Below are positions 26,301 to 40,457 of a DNA stretch of 64,000 nucleotides, piece after piece. Source of the DNA: the human T2T-CHM13v2.0 reference genome, Homo sapiens; NCBI RefSeq assembly GCF_009914755.1, contig NC_060933.1, one strand, 5' to 3'. The translations under genes were made by a program, and so were the position numbers. Position 1 is the first letter of the stretch. Each line of letters opens with the position of its first letter. The notes under the pieces are model-generated. The model saw only the letters and a program-made list of their open reading frames with translations, ran no database searches and was not told where the DNA came from.

Positions 26301-29300
26301 GTTGAAAAAGGAAATATCTTCCCATAAAAACTAGACAGAAGCATTCTCAGAAACTTGTTTGTGATGTGTGTATTCAACTAACAGAGATGAACCTTTCTTT
26401 TTACAGAGCAGTTTTGAAACACTCTTTTTGTGGAATCTGAAAGTGGATATTTGGATAGCTTTGAGGATTTCGTTGGAAACGGGATTACATATAAAACCTA
26501 GAGAGAAGCATTCTCAGGAACTTCTTTGTGATGTTTGCCTTCAAGTCACAGGACTGAACATTCCCTTTCATAGAGCAGGTTTGAAACACTCTTTCTGTAG
26601 TATCTGCAAGCTGACGTTTCAAGCGCTTTCAGGCCTATGGTGAGAAAGGAAATATCTTCAAGTAAAAACTAGACAGAAGCATTCTCAGAAACTTATTTGC
26701 CATGTGTGTTCTCAACTAACAGAGTTGAACCTTTGTTTTGATACGGCATTTTGGAAACACTCTTTTTGTAGTATCTGCAGGTGGATATTCGGATAGCTTT
26801 GAAGGTTTCATTGGAAACGGGAATATCTTCATATAAAATCTAGACGGAAGCATTCTCAGAAACTGCTTTGTGATGTTTTCATTCAAGTCACAGAGTAGAA
26901 TGTTCCCTGTTATATACCAGGTTTGAGACACTCTTTCTGCACTACCTGGAAGTGGACGTTTGGAGCGCTTTGAGGCCTATGTTGAAAAAGGAAATATCTT
27001 CCCATAAAAACTAGACAGAAGCATTCTCAGAAACTTGTTTGTGATGTGTGTATTCAACTAACAGAGATGAACCTTTCTTTTTACAGAGCAGTTTTGAAAC
27101 ACTCTTTTTGTGGAATCTGAAAGTGGATATTTGGATAGCTTTGAGGATTTCGTTGGAAACGGGATTACATATAAAACCTAGAGAGAAGCATTCTCAGGAA
27201 CTTCTTTGAGATGTTTGCATTCAAGTCACAGAACTGAACATTCCCTTTCATAGAGCAGGTTTGAAACACTCTTTCTGTAGTATCTGCAAGCTGACGTTTC
27301 AAGCGCTTTCAGGCCTATGGTGAGAAAGGAAATATCTTCAAGTAAAAACTAGACAGAAGCATTCTCAGAAACTTATTTGCGATGTGTGTTCTCAACTAAC
27401 AGAGTTGAACCTTTGTTTTGATATGGCATTTTGGAAACACTCTTTTTGTAGAATCTGCAGGTGGATATTCGGATAGCTTTGAAGGTTTCGTTGGAAACGG
27501 GAATATCTTCATATAAAATCTAGACGGAAGCATTCTCAGAAACTGCTTTGTGATGTTTTCATTCAAGTCACACAGTAGAATGTTCCCTGTTATATACCAG
27601 GTTTGAGACACTCTTTCTGCACTACCTGGAAGTGGACATTTGCAGCGCTTTGAGGCCTATGATGAAAAAGGAAATATCTTCCCATAAAAACTAGACAGAA
27701 GCATTCTCAGAAACTTGTTTTTGATGTGTGTATTCAACTAACAGAGATGAACCTTTCTTTTTACAGAGCAGTTTTGAAACACTCTTTTTGTGGAATCTGA
27801 AAGTGGATATTTGGATAGCTTTGAGGATTTCGTTGGAAACGGGATTAAATATAAAATCTAGAGAGAAGCATTCTCAGGAACTTCTTTGTGATGTTTGCAT
27901 TCACGTCACAGAACTGAACATTCCCTTTCATAGAGCATGTTTGAAACACTCTTTCTGTAGTATCTGCAAACGGACATTTCAAACGCTTTCAGGCCTATGG
28001 TGAGAAAGGAAATATCTTCAAATAAAAACTAGACAGAAGCATTCTCAGAAACTTATTTGCGATGTGTGTCCTCAACTAACAGAGTTGAACCTTTCTTTTG
28101 ATACAACATTTTGGAAACACTCTTTTTGTAGAATCTGCAAGTGGATATTTGAATAGCTTTGAAGGTTTCGTTGGAAACGGGAATATCTTCATATAAAATC
28201 AAGACAGAAGCATTCTCAGAAACTTCTCTGTGATGTTTGCATTCAACTCATAGAGTTGAACACTTCCCTTCATACAGCAGGTTTGAAACACTCTTTTTGT
28301 AATATTTGGAAGTGGACATTTGCAGCGCTTTGAGGCCTATGATGAAAAAGGTAATATCTTCCCATAAAAACTAGACAGAAGCATTCTCAGAAACTTGTTT
28401 GTGATGTGTGTATTCAACTAACAGAGATGAACCTTTCTTTTTACAGAGCAGTTTTGAAACACTCTTTTTGTGGAATCTGAAAGTGGATATTTGGATAGCT
28501 TTGCGGATTTCGTTGGAAACGGGATTACATATAAAACCTAGAGAGAAGCATTCTCAGGAACTTCTTTGCGATGTTTGCATTCAAGTCACAGAACTGAACA
28601 TTCCCTTTCATAGAGCAGGTTTGAAACACTCTTTCTGTAGTATCTGCAAGCTGACGTTTCAAGCGCTTTCAGGCCTATGGTGAGAAAGGAAATTTCTTCA
28701 AGTAAAAACTAGACAGAAGCATTCTCAGAAACTTATTTGCGATGTGTGTTCTCAACTAACAGAGTTGAACCTTTGTTTTGATATGGCATTTTGGAAACAC
28801 TCTTTTTGTAGAATCTGCAGGTGGATATTCGGATAGCTTTGAAGGTTTCGTTGGAAACGGGAATATCTTCATATGAAATCTAGACGGAAGCATTCTCAGA
28901 AACTGCTTTGTGATGTTTTCATTCAAGTCACAGAGTAGAATGTTCCCTGTTATATACCAGGTTTGAGACACTCTTTCTGCACTACATGGAAGTGGACGTT
29001 TGGAGCGCTTTGAGGCCTATGTTGAAAAAGGAAATATCTTCCCATAAAAACTAGACAGAAGCATTCTCAGAAACTTGTTTGTGATGTGTGTATTCAACTA
29101 ACAGAGATGAACCTTTCTTTTTACAGAGCAGTTTTGAAACACTCTTTTTGTGGAATCTGAAAGTGGATATTTGGATAGCTTTGCGGATTTCGTTGGAAAC
29201 GGGATTACATATAAAATCTAGGGAGAAGCATTCTCAGGAACTTCTTTGTGATGTTTGCATTCAAGTCACAGAACTGAACATTCCCTTTCATAGAGCAGGT

Positions 29301-32300
29301 TTGAAACACTCTTTCTGTAGTATCTGCAAGCGGACGTTTTAAGCGCTTTCAGGCCTGTGGTGAGAAAGGAAATATCTTCAAATAAAAACTAGACAGAAGC
29401 ATTCTCAGAAACTTATTTGCGATGTGTGTCCTCAACTAACAGAGTTGAACCTTTCTTTTGATACAACATTTTGGAAACACTCTTTTTGTAGAATCTGCAA
29501 GTGGATATTTGGATAGCTTTGAAGGTTTCGTTGGAAACGGGAATATCTTCATATGAAATCAAGACAGAAGCATTCTCAGAAACTTCTCTGTGATGTTTGC
29601 ATTCAACTCATAGAGTTGAACACTTCCCTTCATACAGCAGGTTTGAAACACTCTTTTTCTAATATTTGGAAGTGGACATTTGCAGCGCTTTGAGGCCTAT
29701 GTTGAAAAAGGAAATATCTTCTCCTAAAAACCAGACAGAAGCATTCTCAGAAACTTCCTTGTGATGTGTGTACTCAAGTAACAGAGTTGAACCTTCCTTT
29801 TGACAGAGCAGTTTTGAAGCACTCTTTTTGTAGAATCTGCAAGTGGATATTTTGATACCTTTGAGGATTTCGTTGGACACGGGATATCTTCATATAAAAT
29901 CTAGACAGAAGCATTCTCAGAAACTTCTTTGTGCTGTATGTCCTCAATTAACAGAGTTGAACCTTTGTGTGGATACAGCATTTTGGAAACATTCCTTTAG
30001 TAGAATCTGCAAGTTGATATTTAGATAGCTAGGAAGATTTCCTTGGAAACGGGAATATCTTCATATAAAATCTAGACGGAAGCATTCTCAGAAAGTGCTT
30101 TGTGATGTTTGCATTCAAGTCACAGAGTTGAATATTCCCTTTTATAGAGCAGGTTTGAAACACTCTTTCTGCACTACCTGGAAGTGGACATTTGGAGCGC
30201 TTTGAGGCCTATGTTGAAAAAGGAAATATCTTCCCATAAAAACTAGACAGAAGCATTCTCAGAAACTTGTTTGTGATGTGTGTATTCAACTAACAGAGAT
30301 GAACCTTTCTTTTTACAGAGCAGTTTTGAAACACTCTTTTTGTGGAATCTGAAAGTGGATATTTGGATAGCTTTGAGGATTTCGTTGGAAACGGGATTAC
30401 ATATAAAACCTAGAGAGAAGCATTCTCAGGAACTTCTTTGTGATGTTTGCATTCAAGTCACAGAACTGAACATTCCCTTTCATAGAGCAGGTTTGAAACA
30501 CTCTTTCTGTAGTATCTGCAAGCTGACGTTTCAAGCGCTTTCAGGCCTATGGTGAGAAAGGAAATATCTTCAAGTAAAAACTAGACAGAAGCATTCTCAG
30601 AAACTTATTTGCGATGTGTGTTCTCAACTAACAGAGTTGAACCTTTGTTTTGATATGGCATTTTGGAAACACTCTTTTTGTAGAATCTGCAGGTGGATAT
30701 TCGGATAGCTTTGAAGGTTTCGTTGGAAACGGGAATATCTTCATATAAAATCTAGACGGAAGCATTCTCAGAAACTGCTTTGTGATGTTTTCATTCAAGT
30801 CACACAGTAGAATGTTCCCTGTTATATACCAGGTTTGAGACACTCTTTCTGCACTACCTGGAAGTGGACATTTGCAGCGCTTTGAGGCCTATGATGAAAA
30901 AGGAAATATCTTCCCATAAAAACTAGACAGAAGCATTCTCAGAAACTTGTTTTTGATGTGTGTATTCAACTAACAGAGATGAACCTTTCTTTTTACAGAG
31001 CAGTTTTGAAACACTCTTTTTGTGGAATCTGAAAGTGGATATTTGGATAGCTTTGAGGATTTCGTTGGAAACGGGATTACATATAAAATCTAGAGAGAAG
31101 CATTCTCAGGAACTTCTTTGTGATGTTTGCATTCACGTCACAGAACTGAACATTCCCTTTCATAGAGCATGTTTGAAACACTCTTTCTGTAGTATCTGCA
31201 AACGGACATTTCAAACGCTTTCAGGCCTATGGTGAGAAAGGAAATATCTTCAAATAAAAACTAGACAGAAGCATTCTCAGAAACTTATTTGCGATGTGTG
31301 TCCTCAACTAACAGAGTTGAACCTTTCTTTTGATACAACATTTTGGAAACACTCTTTTTGTAGAATCTGCAAGTGGATATTTGAATAGCTTTGAAGGTTT
31401 CGTTGGAAACGGGAATATCTTCATATAAAATCAAGACAGAAGCATTCTCAGAAACTTCTCTGTGATGTTTGCATTCAACTCATAGAGTTGAACACTTCCC
31501 TTCATACAGCAGGTTTGAAACACTCTTTTTGTAATATTTGGAAGTGGACATTTGCAGCGCTTTGAGGCCTATGATGAAAAAGGTAATATCTTCCCATAAA
31601 AACTAGACAGAAGCATTCTCAGAAACTTGTTTGTGATGTGTGTATTCAACTAACAGAGATGAACCTTTCTTTTTACAGAGCAGTTTTGAAACACTCTTTT
31701 TGTGGAATCTGAAAGTGGATATTTGGATAGCTTTGCGGATTTCGTTGGAAACGGGATTACATATAAAACCTAGAGAGAAGCATTCTCAGGAACTTCTTTG
31801 CGATGTTTGCATTCAAGTCACAGAACTGAACATTCCCTTTCATAGAGCAGGTTTGAAACACTCTTTCTGTAGTATCTGCAAGCTGACGTTTCAAGCGCTT
31901 TCAGGCCTATGGTGAGAAAGGAAATATCTTCAAGTAAAAACTAGACAGAAGCATTCTCAGAAACTTATTTGCGATGTGTGTTCTCAACTAACAGAGTTGA
32001 ACCTTTGTTTTGATATGGCATTTTGGAAACACTCTTTTTGTAGAATCTGCAGGTGGATATTCGGATAGCTTTGAAGGTTTCGTTGGAAACGGGAATATCT
32101 TCATATAAAATCTAGACGGAAGCATTCTCAGAAACTGCTTTGTGATGTTTTCATTCAAGTCACAGAGTAGAATGTTCCCTGTTATATACCAGGTTTGAGA
32201 CACTCTTTCTGCACTACCTGGAAGTGGACGTTTGGAGCGCTTTGAGGCCTATGTTGAAAAAGGAAATATCTTCCCATAAAAACTAGACAGAAGCATTCTC

Positions 32301-35300
32301 AGAAACTTGTTTTTGATGTGTGTATTCAACTAACAGAGATGAACCTTTCTTTTTACAGAGCAGTTTTGAAACACTCTTTTTGTGGAATCTGAAAGTGGAT
32401 ATTTGGATAGCTTTGAGGATTTCGTTGGAAACGGGATTACATATAAAACCTAGAGAGAAGCATTCTCAGGAACTTCTTTGTGATGTTTGCATTCACGTCA
32501 CAGAACTGAACATTCCCTTTCATAGAGCATGTTTGAAACACTCTTTCTGTAGTATCTGCAAACGGACATTTCAAACGCTTTCAGGCCTATGGTGAGAAAG
32601 GAAATATCTTCAAATAAAAACTAGATAGAAGCATTCTCAGAAACTTATTTGCGATGTGTGTCCTCAACTATCAGAGTTGAACCTTTCTTTTGATACAACA
32701 TTTTGGAACCACTCTTTTTGTAGAATCTGCAAGTGGATATTTGAATAGCTTTGAAGGTTTCGTTGGAAACGGGAATATCTTCATATAAAATCAAGACAGA
32801 AGCATTCTCAGAAACTTCTCTGTGATGTTTGCATTCAACTCATAGAGTTGAACACTTCCCTTCATACAGCAGGTTTGAAACACTCTTTTTGTAATATTTG
32901 GAAGTGGACATTTGCAGCGCTTTGAGGCCTATGATGAAAAAGGAAATATCTTCCCATAAAAACTAGACAGAAGCATTCTCAGAAACTTGTTTGTGATGTG
33001 TGTATTCAACTAACAGAGATGAACCTTTCTTTTTACAGAGCAGTTTTGAAACACTCTTTTTGTGGAATCTGAAAGTGGATATTTGGATAGCTTTGCGGAT
33101 TTCGTTGGAAACGGGATTACATATAAAATCTAGGGAGAAGCATTCTCAGGAACTTCTTTGTGATGTTTGCATTCAAGTCACAGAACTGAACATTCCCTTT
33201 CATAGATCAGGTTTGAAACACTCTTTCTGTAGTATCTGCAAGCGGACGTTTTAAGCGCTTTCAGGCCTGTGGTGAGAAAGGAAATATCTTCAAATAAAAA
33301 CTAGACAGAAGCATTCTCAGAAACTTATTTGCGATGTGTGTCCTCAACTAACAGAGTTGAACCTTTCTTTTGATACAACATTTTGGAAACACTCTTTTTG
33401 TAGAATCTGCAAGTGAATATTTGGATAGCTTTGAAGGTTTCGTTGGAAACGGGAATATCTTCATATGAAATCAAGACAGAAGCATTCTCAGAAACTTCTC
33501 TGTGATGTTTGCATTCAACTCATAGAGTTGAACACTTCCCTTCATACAGCAGGTTTGAAACACTCTTTTTCTAATATTTGGAAGTGGACATTTGCAGCGC
33601 TTTGAGGCCTATGTTGAAAAAGGAAATATCTTCTCCTAAAAACCAGACAGAAGCATTCTCAGAAACTTCCTTGTGATGTGTGTACTCAAGTAACAGAGTT
33701 GAACCTTCCTTTTGACAGAGCAGTTTTGAAGCACTCTTTTTGTAGAATCTGCAAGTGGATATTTTGATACCTTTGAGGATTTCGTTGGACACGGGATATC
33801 TTCATATAAAATCTAGACAGAAGCATTCTCAGAAACTTCTTTGTGCTGTATGTCCTCAATTAACAGAGTTGAACCTTTGTGTGGATACAGCATTTTGGAA
33901 ACATTCCTTTAGTAGAATCTGCAAGTTGATATTTAGATAGCTAGGAAGATTTCCTTGGAAACGGGAATATCTTCATATAAAATCTAGACGGAAGCATTCT
34001 CAGAAAGTGCTTTGTGATGTTTGCATTCAAGTCACAGAGTTGAATATTCCCTTTTATAGAGCAGGTTTGAAACACTCTTTCTGCACTACCTGGAAGTGGA
34101 CATTTGGAGCGCTTTGAGGCCTATGTTGAAAAAGGAAATATCTTCCCATAAAAACTAGACAGAAGCATTCTCAGAAACTTGTTTGTGATGTGTGTATTCA
34201 ACTAACAGAGATGAACCTTTCTTTTTACAGAGCAGTTTTGAAACACTCTTTTTGTGGAATCTGAAAGTGGATATTTGGATAGCTTTGAGGATTTCGTTGG
34301 AAACGGGATTACATATAAAACCTAGAGAGAAGCATTCTCAGGAACTTCTTTGTGATGTTTGCCTTCAAGTCACAGGACTGAACATTCCCTTTCATAGAGC
34401 AGGTTTGAAACACTCTTTCTGTAGTATCTGCAAGCTGACGTTTCAAGCGCTTTCAGGCCTATGGTGAGAAAGGAAATATCTTCAAGTAAAAACTAGACAG
34501 AAGCATTCTCAGAAACTTATTTGAGATGTGTGTTCTCAACTAACAGAGTTGAACCTTTGTTTTGATATGGCATTTTGGAAACACTCTTTTTGTAGAATCT
34601 GCAGGTGGATATTCGGATAGCTTTGAAGGTTTCGTTGGAAACGGGAATATCTTCATATAAAATCTAGACGGAAGCATTCTCAGAAACTGCTTTGTGATGT
34701 TTTCATTCAAGTCACAGAGTAGAATGTTCCCTGTTATATACCAGGTTAGAGACACTCTTTCTGCACTACCTGGAAGTGGACATTTGCAGCGCTTTGAGGC
34801 CTATGATGAAAAAGGAAATATCTTCCCATAAAAACTAGACAGAAGCATTCTCAGAAACTTGTTTGTGATGTGTGTATTCAACTAACAGAGATGAACCTTT
34901 CTTTTTACAGAGCAGTTTTGAAACACTCTTTTTGTGGAATCTGAAAGTGGATATTTGGATAGCTTTGAGGATTTCGTTGGAAACGGGATTACATATAAAA
35001 TCTAGAGAGAAGCATTCTCAGGAACTTCTTTGTGATGTTTGCATTCACGTCACAGAACTGAACATTCCCTTTAATAGAGCATGTTTGAAACACTCTTTCT
35101 GTAGTATCTGCAAGCGGACGTTTTAAGCGCTTTCAAGCCTGTGGTGAGAAAGGAAATATCTTCAAATAAAAACTAGACAGAAGCATTCTCAGAAACTTAT
35201 TTGCGATGTGTGTCCTCAACTAACAGAGTTGAACCTTTCTTTTGATACAACATTTTGGAAACACTCTTTTTGTAGAATCTGCAAGTGGATATTTGGATAG

Positions 35301-36220
35301 CTTTGAAGGTTTCGTTGGAAACGGGAATATCTTCATATGAAATCAAGACAGAAGCATTCTCAGAAACTTCTCTGTGATGTTTGCATTCAACTCATAGAGT
35401 TGAACACTTCCCTTCATACAGCAGGTTTGAAACACTCTTTTTCTAATATTTGGAAGTGGACATTTGCAGCGCTTTGAGGCCTATGTTGAAAAAGGAAATA
35501 TCTTCTCCAAAAACCAGACAGAAGCATTCTCAGAAACTTCCTTGTGATGTGTGTACTCAAGTAACAGAGTTGAACCTTCCTTTTGACAGAGCAGTTTTGA
35601 AGCACTCTTTTTGTAGAATCTGCAAGTGGATATTTTGATACCTTTGAGGATTTCGTTGGACACGGGATATCGTCATATAAAATCTAGACAGAAGCATTCT
35701 CAGAAACTTCTTTGTTCTGTATGTCCTCAATTAACAGAGTTGAACCTTTGTGTGGATACAGGATTTTGGAAACATTCCTTTAGTAGAATCTGCAAGTTGA
35801 TATTTAGATAGCTAGGAAGATTTCCTTGGAAACGGGAATATCTTCATATAAAATCTAGACGGAAGCATTCTCAGAAAGTGCTTTGTGATGTTTGCATTCA
35901 AGTCACAGAGTTGAATATTCCCTTTTATAGAGCAGGTTTGAAACACTCTTTCTGCACTACCTGGAAGTGGACATTTGGAGCGCTTTGAGGCCTATGTTGA
36001 AAAAGGAAATATCTTCCCATAAAAACTAGACAGAAGCATTCTCAGAAACTTGTTTGTGATGTGTGTATTCAACTAACAGAGATGAACCTTTCTTTTTACA
36101 GAGCAGTTTTGAAACACTCTTTTTGTGGAATCTGAAAGTGGATATTTGGATAGCTTTGAGGATTTCGTTGGAAACGGGATTACATATAAAACCTAGAGAG
36201 AAGCATTCTCAGGAACTTCT
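10120..36220 (+). repeat. Tandem duplication with 12,927-bp period (76 monomers); boundaries approximate
   Basis: Private variants recur at +12,927: CATAGATCAGG (~20280/33207), CTAGATAGAA (~19699/32626), 1-bp deletion CTCCAAAAACC (~22580/35507), TATCGTCATA, CAGGATTTT. The ORF-track offsets are identical (20073/33000, 22487/35414). Confidence 0.93.
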
Positions 36221-39200
36221 TTGTGATGTTTGCCTTCAAGTCACAGGACTGAACATTCCCTTTCATAGAGCAGGTTTGAAACACTCCTTCTGTAGTATCT
36301 GCAAGCTGACGTTTCAAGCGCTTTCAGGCCTATGGTGACAAAGGAAATATCTTCAAGTAAAAACTAGACAGAAGCATTCTCAGAAACTTATTTGCGATGT
36401 GTGTTCTCAACTAACAGAGTTGAACCTTTGTTTTGATACGGCATTTTGGAAACACTCTTTTTGTAGAATCTGCAGGTGGATATTCGGATAGCTTTGAAGG
36501 TTTCGTTGGAAACGGGAATATCTTCATATAAAATCTAGACGGAAGCATTCTCAGAAACTGCTTTGTGATGTTTTCATTCAAGTCACAGAGTAGAATGTTC
36601 CCTGTTATATACCAGGTTTGAGACACTCTTTCTGCACTACCTGGAAGTGGACATTTGCAGCGCTTTGAGGCCTATGATGAAAAAGGAAATATCTTCCCAT
36701 AAAAACTAGACAGAAGCATTCTCAGAAACTTGTTTGTGATGTGTGTATTCAACTAACAGAGATGAACCTTTCTTTTTACAGAGCAGTTTTGAAACACTCT
36801 TTTTGTGGAATCTGAAAGTGGATATTTGGATAGCTTTGAGGATTTCGTTGGAAACGGGATTACATATAAAATCTAGAGAGAAGCATTCTCAGGAACTTCT
36901 TTGTGATGTTTGCATTCACGTCACAGAACTGAACATTCCCTTTCATAGAGCATGTTTGAAACACTCTTTCTGTAGTATCTGCAAACGGACATTTCAAACG
37001 CTTTCAGGCCTATGGTGAGAAAGGAAATATCTTCAAATAAAAACTAGACAGAAGCATTCTCAGAAACTTATTTGCGATGTGTGTCCTCAACTAACAGAGT
37101 TGAACCTTTCTTTTGATACAACATTTTGGAAACACTCTTTTTGTAGAATCTGCAAGTGGATATTTGAATAGCTTTGAAGGTTTCGTTGGAAACGGGAATA
37201 TCTTCATATAAAATCAAGACAGAAGCATTCTCAGAAACTTCTCTGTGATGTTTGCATTCAACTCATAGAGTTGAACACTTCCCTTCATACAGCAGGTTTG
37301 AAACACTCTTTTTGTAATATTTGGAAGTGGACATTTGCAGCGCTTTGAGGCCTATGATGAAAAAGGTAATATCTTCCCATAAAAACTAGACAGAAGCATT
37401 CTCAGAAACTTGTTTGTGATGTGTGTATTCAACTAACAGAGATGAACCTTTCTTTTTACAGAGCAGTTTTGAAACACTCTTTTTGTGGAATCTGAAAGTG
37501 GATATTTGGATAGCTTTGCGGATTTCGTTGGAAACGGGATTACATATAAAATCTAGGGAGAAGCATTCTCAGGAACTTCTTTGTGATGTTTGCATTCAAG
37601 TCACAGAACTGAACATTCCCTTTCATAGAGCAGGTTTGAAACACTCTTTCTGTAGTATCTGCAAGCGGACGTTTTAAGCGCTTTCAGGCCTGTGGTGAGA
37701 AAGGAAATATCTTCAAATAAAAACTAGACAGAAGCATTCTCAGAAACTTATTTGCGATGTGTGTCCTCAACTAACAGAGTTGAACCTTTCTTTTGATACA
37801 ACATTTTGGAAACACTCTTTTTGTAGAATCTGCAAGTGGATATTTGGATAGCTTTGAAGGTTTCGTTGGAAACGGGAATATCTTCATATGAAATCAAGAC
37901 AGAAGCATTCTCAGAAACTTCTCTGTGATGTTTGCATTCAACTCATAGAGTTGAACACTTCCCTTCATACAGCAGGTTTGAAACACTCTTTTTCTAATAT
38001 TTGGAAGTGGACATTTGCAGCGCTTTGAGGCCTATGTTGAAAAAGGAAATATCTTCTCCTAAAAACCAGACAGAAGCATTCTCAGAAACTTCCTTGTGAT
38101 GTGTGTACTCAAGTAACAGAGTTGAACCTTCCTTTTGACAGAGCAGTTTTGAAGCACTCTTTTTGTAGAATCTGCAAGTGGATATTTTGATACCTTTGAG
38201 GATTTCGTTGGACACGGGATATCTTCATATAAAATCTAGACAGAAGCATTCTCAGAAACTTCTTTGTGCTGTATGTCCTCAATTAACAGAGTTGAACCTT
38301 TGTGTGGATACAGCATTTTGGAAACATTCATTTAGTAGAATCTGCAAGTTGATATTTAGATAGCTAGGAAGAGTTCCTTGGAAACGGGAATATCTTCATA
38401 TAAAATCTAGACGGAAGCATTCTCAGAAAGTGCTTTGTGATGTTTGCATTCAAGTCACAGAGTTGAATGTTCCCTTTTATAGAGCAGGTTTGAAACACTC
38501 TTTCTGCACTACCTGGAAGTGGACATTTGGAGCGCTTTGAGGCCTATGTTGAAAAAGGAAATATCTTCCCATAAAAACTAGACAGAAGCATTCTCAGAAA
38601 CTTGTTTGTGATGTGTGTATTCAACTAACAGAGATGAACCTTTCTTTTTACAGAGCAGTTTTGAAACACTCTTTTTGTGGAATCTGAAAGTGGATATTTG
38701 GATAGCTTTGAGGATTTCGTTGGAAACGGGATTACATATAAAACCTAGAGAGAAGCATTCTCAGGAACTTCTTTGTGATGTTTGCATTCAAGTCACAGAA
38801 CTGAACATTCCCTTTCATAGAGCAGGTTTGAAACACTCTTTCTGTAGTATCTGCAAGCTGACGTTTCAAGCGCTTTCAGGCCTATGGTGAGAAAGGAAAT
38901 ATCTTCAAGTAAAAACTAGACAGAAGCATTCTCAGAAACTTATTTGAGATGTGTGTTCTCAACTAACAGAGTTGAACCTTTGTTTTGATATGGCATTTTG
39001 GAAACACTCTTTTTGTAGAATCTGCAGGTGGATATTCGGATAGCTTTGAAGGTTTCGTTGGAAACGGGAATATCTTCATATAAAATCTAGACGGAAGCAT
39101 TCTCAGAAACTGCTTTGTGATGTTTTCATTCAAGTCACAGAGTAGAATGTTCCCTGTTATATACCAGGTTTGAGACACTCTTTCTGCACTACCTGGAAGT

Positions 39201-40457
39201 GGACATTTGCAGCGCTTTGAGGCCTATGATGAAAAAGGAAATATCTTCCCATAAAAACTAGACAGAAGCATTCTCAGAAACTTGTTTGTGATGTGTGTAT
39301 TCAACTAACAGAGATGAACCTTTCTTTTTACAGAGCAGTTTTGAAACACTCTTTTTGTGGAATCTGAAAGTGGATATTTGGATAGCTTTGAGGATTTCGT
39401 TGGAAACGGGATTACATATAAAATCTAGAGAGAAGCATTCTCAGGAACTTCTTTGTGATGTTTGCATTCACGTCACAGAACTGAACATTCCCTTTCATAG
39501 AGCATGTTTGAAACACTCTTTCTGTAGTATCTGCAAACGGACATTTCAAACGCTTTCAGGCCTATGGTGAGAAAGGAAATATCTTCAAATAAAAACTAGA
39601 CAGAAGCATTCTCAGAAACTTATTTGCGATGTGTGTCCTCAACTAACAGAGTTGAACCTTTCTTTTGATACAACATTTTGGAAACACTCTTTTTGTAGAA
39701 TCTGCAAGTGGATATTTGCATAGCTTTGAAGGTTTCGTTGGAAACGGGAATATCTTCATATAAAATCAAGACAGAAGCATTCTCAGAAACTTCTCTGTGA
39801 TGTTTGCATTCAACTCATAGAGTTGAACACTTCCCTTCATACAGCAGGTTTGAAACACTCTTTTTCTAATATTTGGAAGTGGACATTTGCAGCGCTTTGA
39901 GGCCTATGTTGAAAAAGGAAATATCTTCTCCTAAAAACCAGACAGAAGCATTCTCAGAAACTTCCTTGTGATGTGTGTACTCAAGTAACAGAGTTGAACC
40001 TTCCTTTTGACAGAGCAGTTTTGAAGCACTCTTTTTGTAGAATCTGCAAGTGGATATTTTGATACCTTTGAGGATTTCGTTGGACACGGGATATCTTCAT
40101 ATAAAATCTAGACAGAAGCATTCTCAGAAACTTCTTTGTGCTGTATGTCCTCAATTAACAGAGTTGAACCTTTGTGTGGATACAGCATTTTGGAAACATT
40201 CCTTTAGTAGAATCTGCAAGTTGATATTTAGATAGCTAGGAAGATTTCCTTGGAAACGGGAATATCTTCATATAAAATCTAGACGGAAGCATTCTCAGAA
40301 AGTGCTTTGTGATGTTTGCATTCAAGTCACAGAGTTGAATATTCCCTTTTATAGAGCAGGTTTGAAACACTCTTTCTGCACTACCTGGAAGTGGACATTT
40401 GGAGCGCTTTGAGGCCTATGTTGAAAAACGAAATATCTTCCCATAAAAACTAGACAG

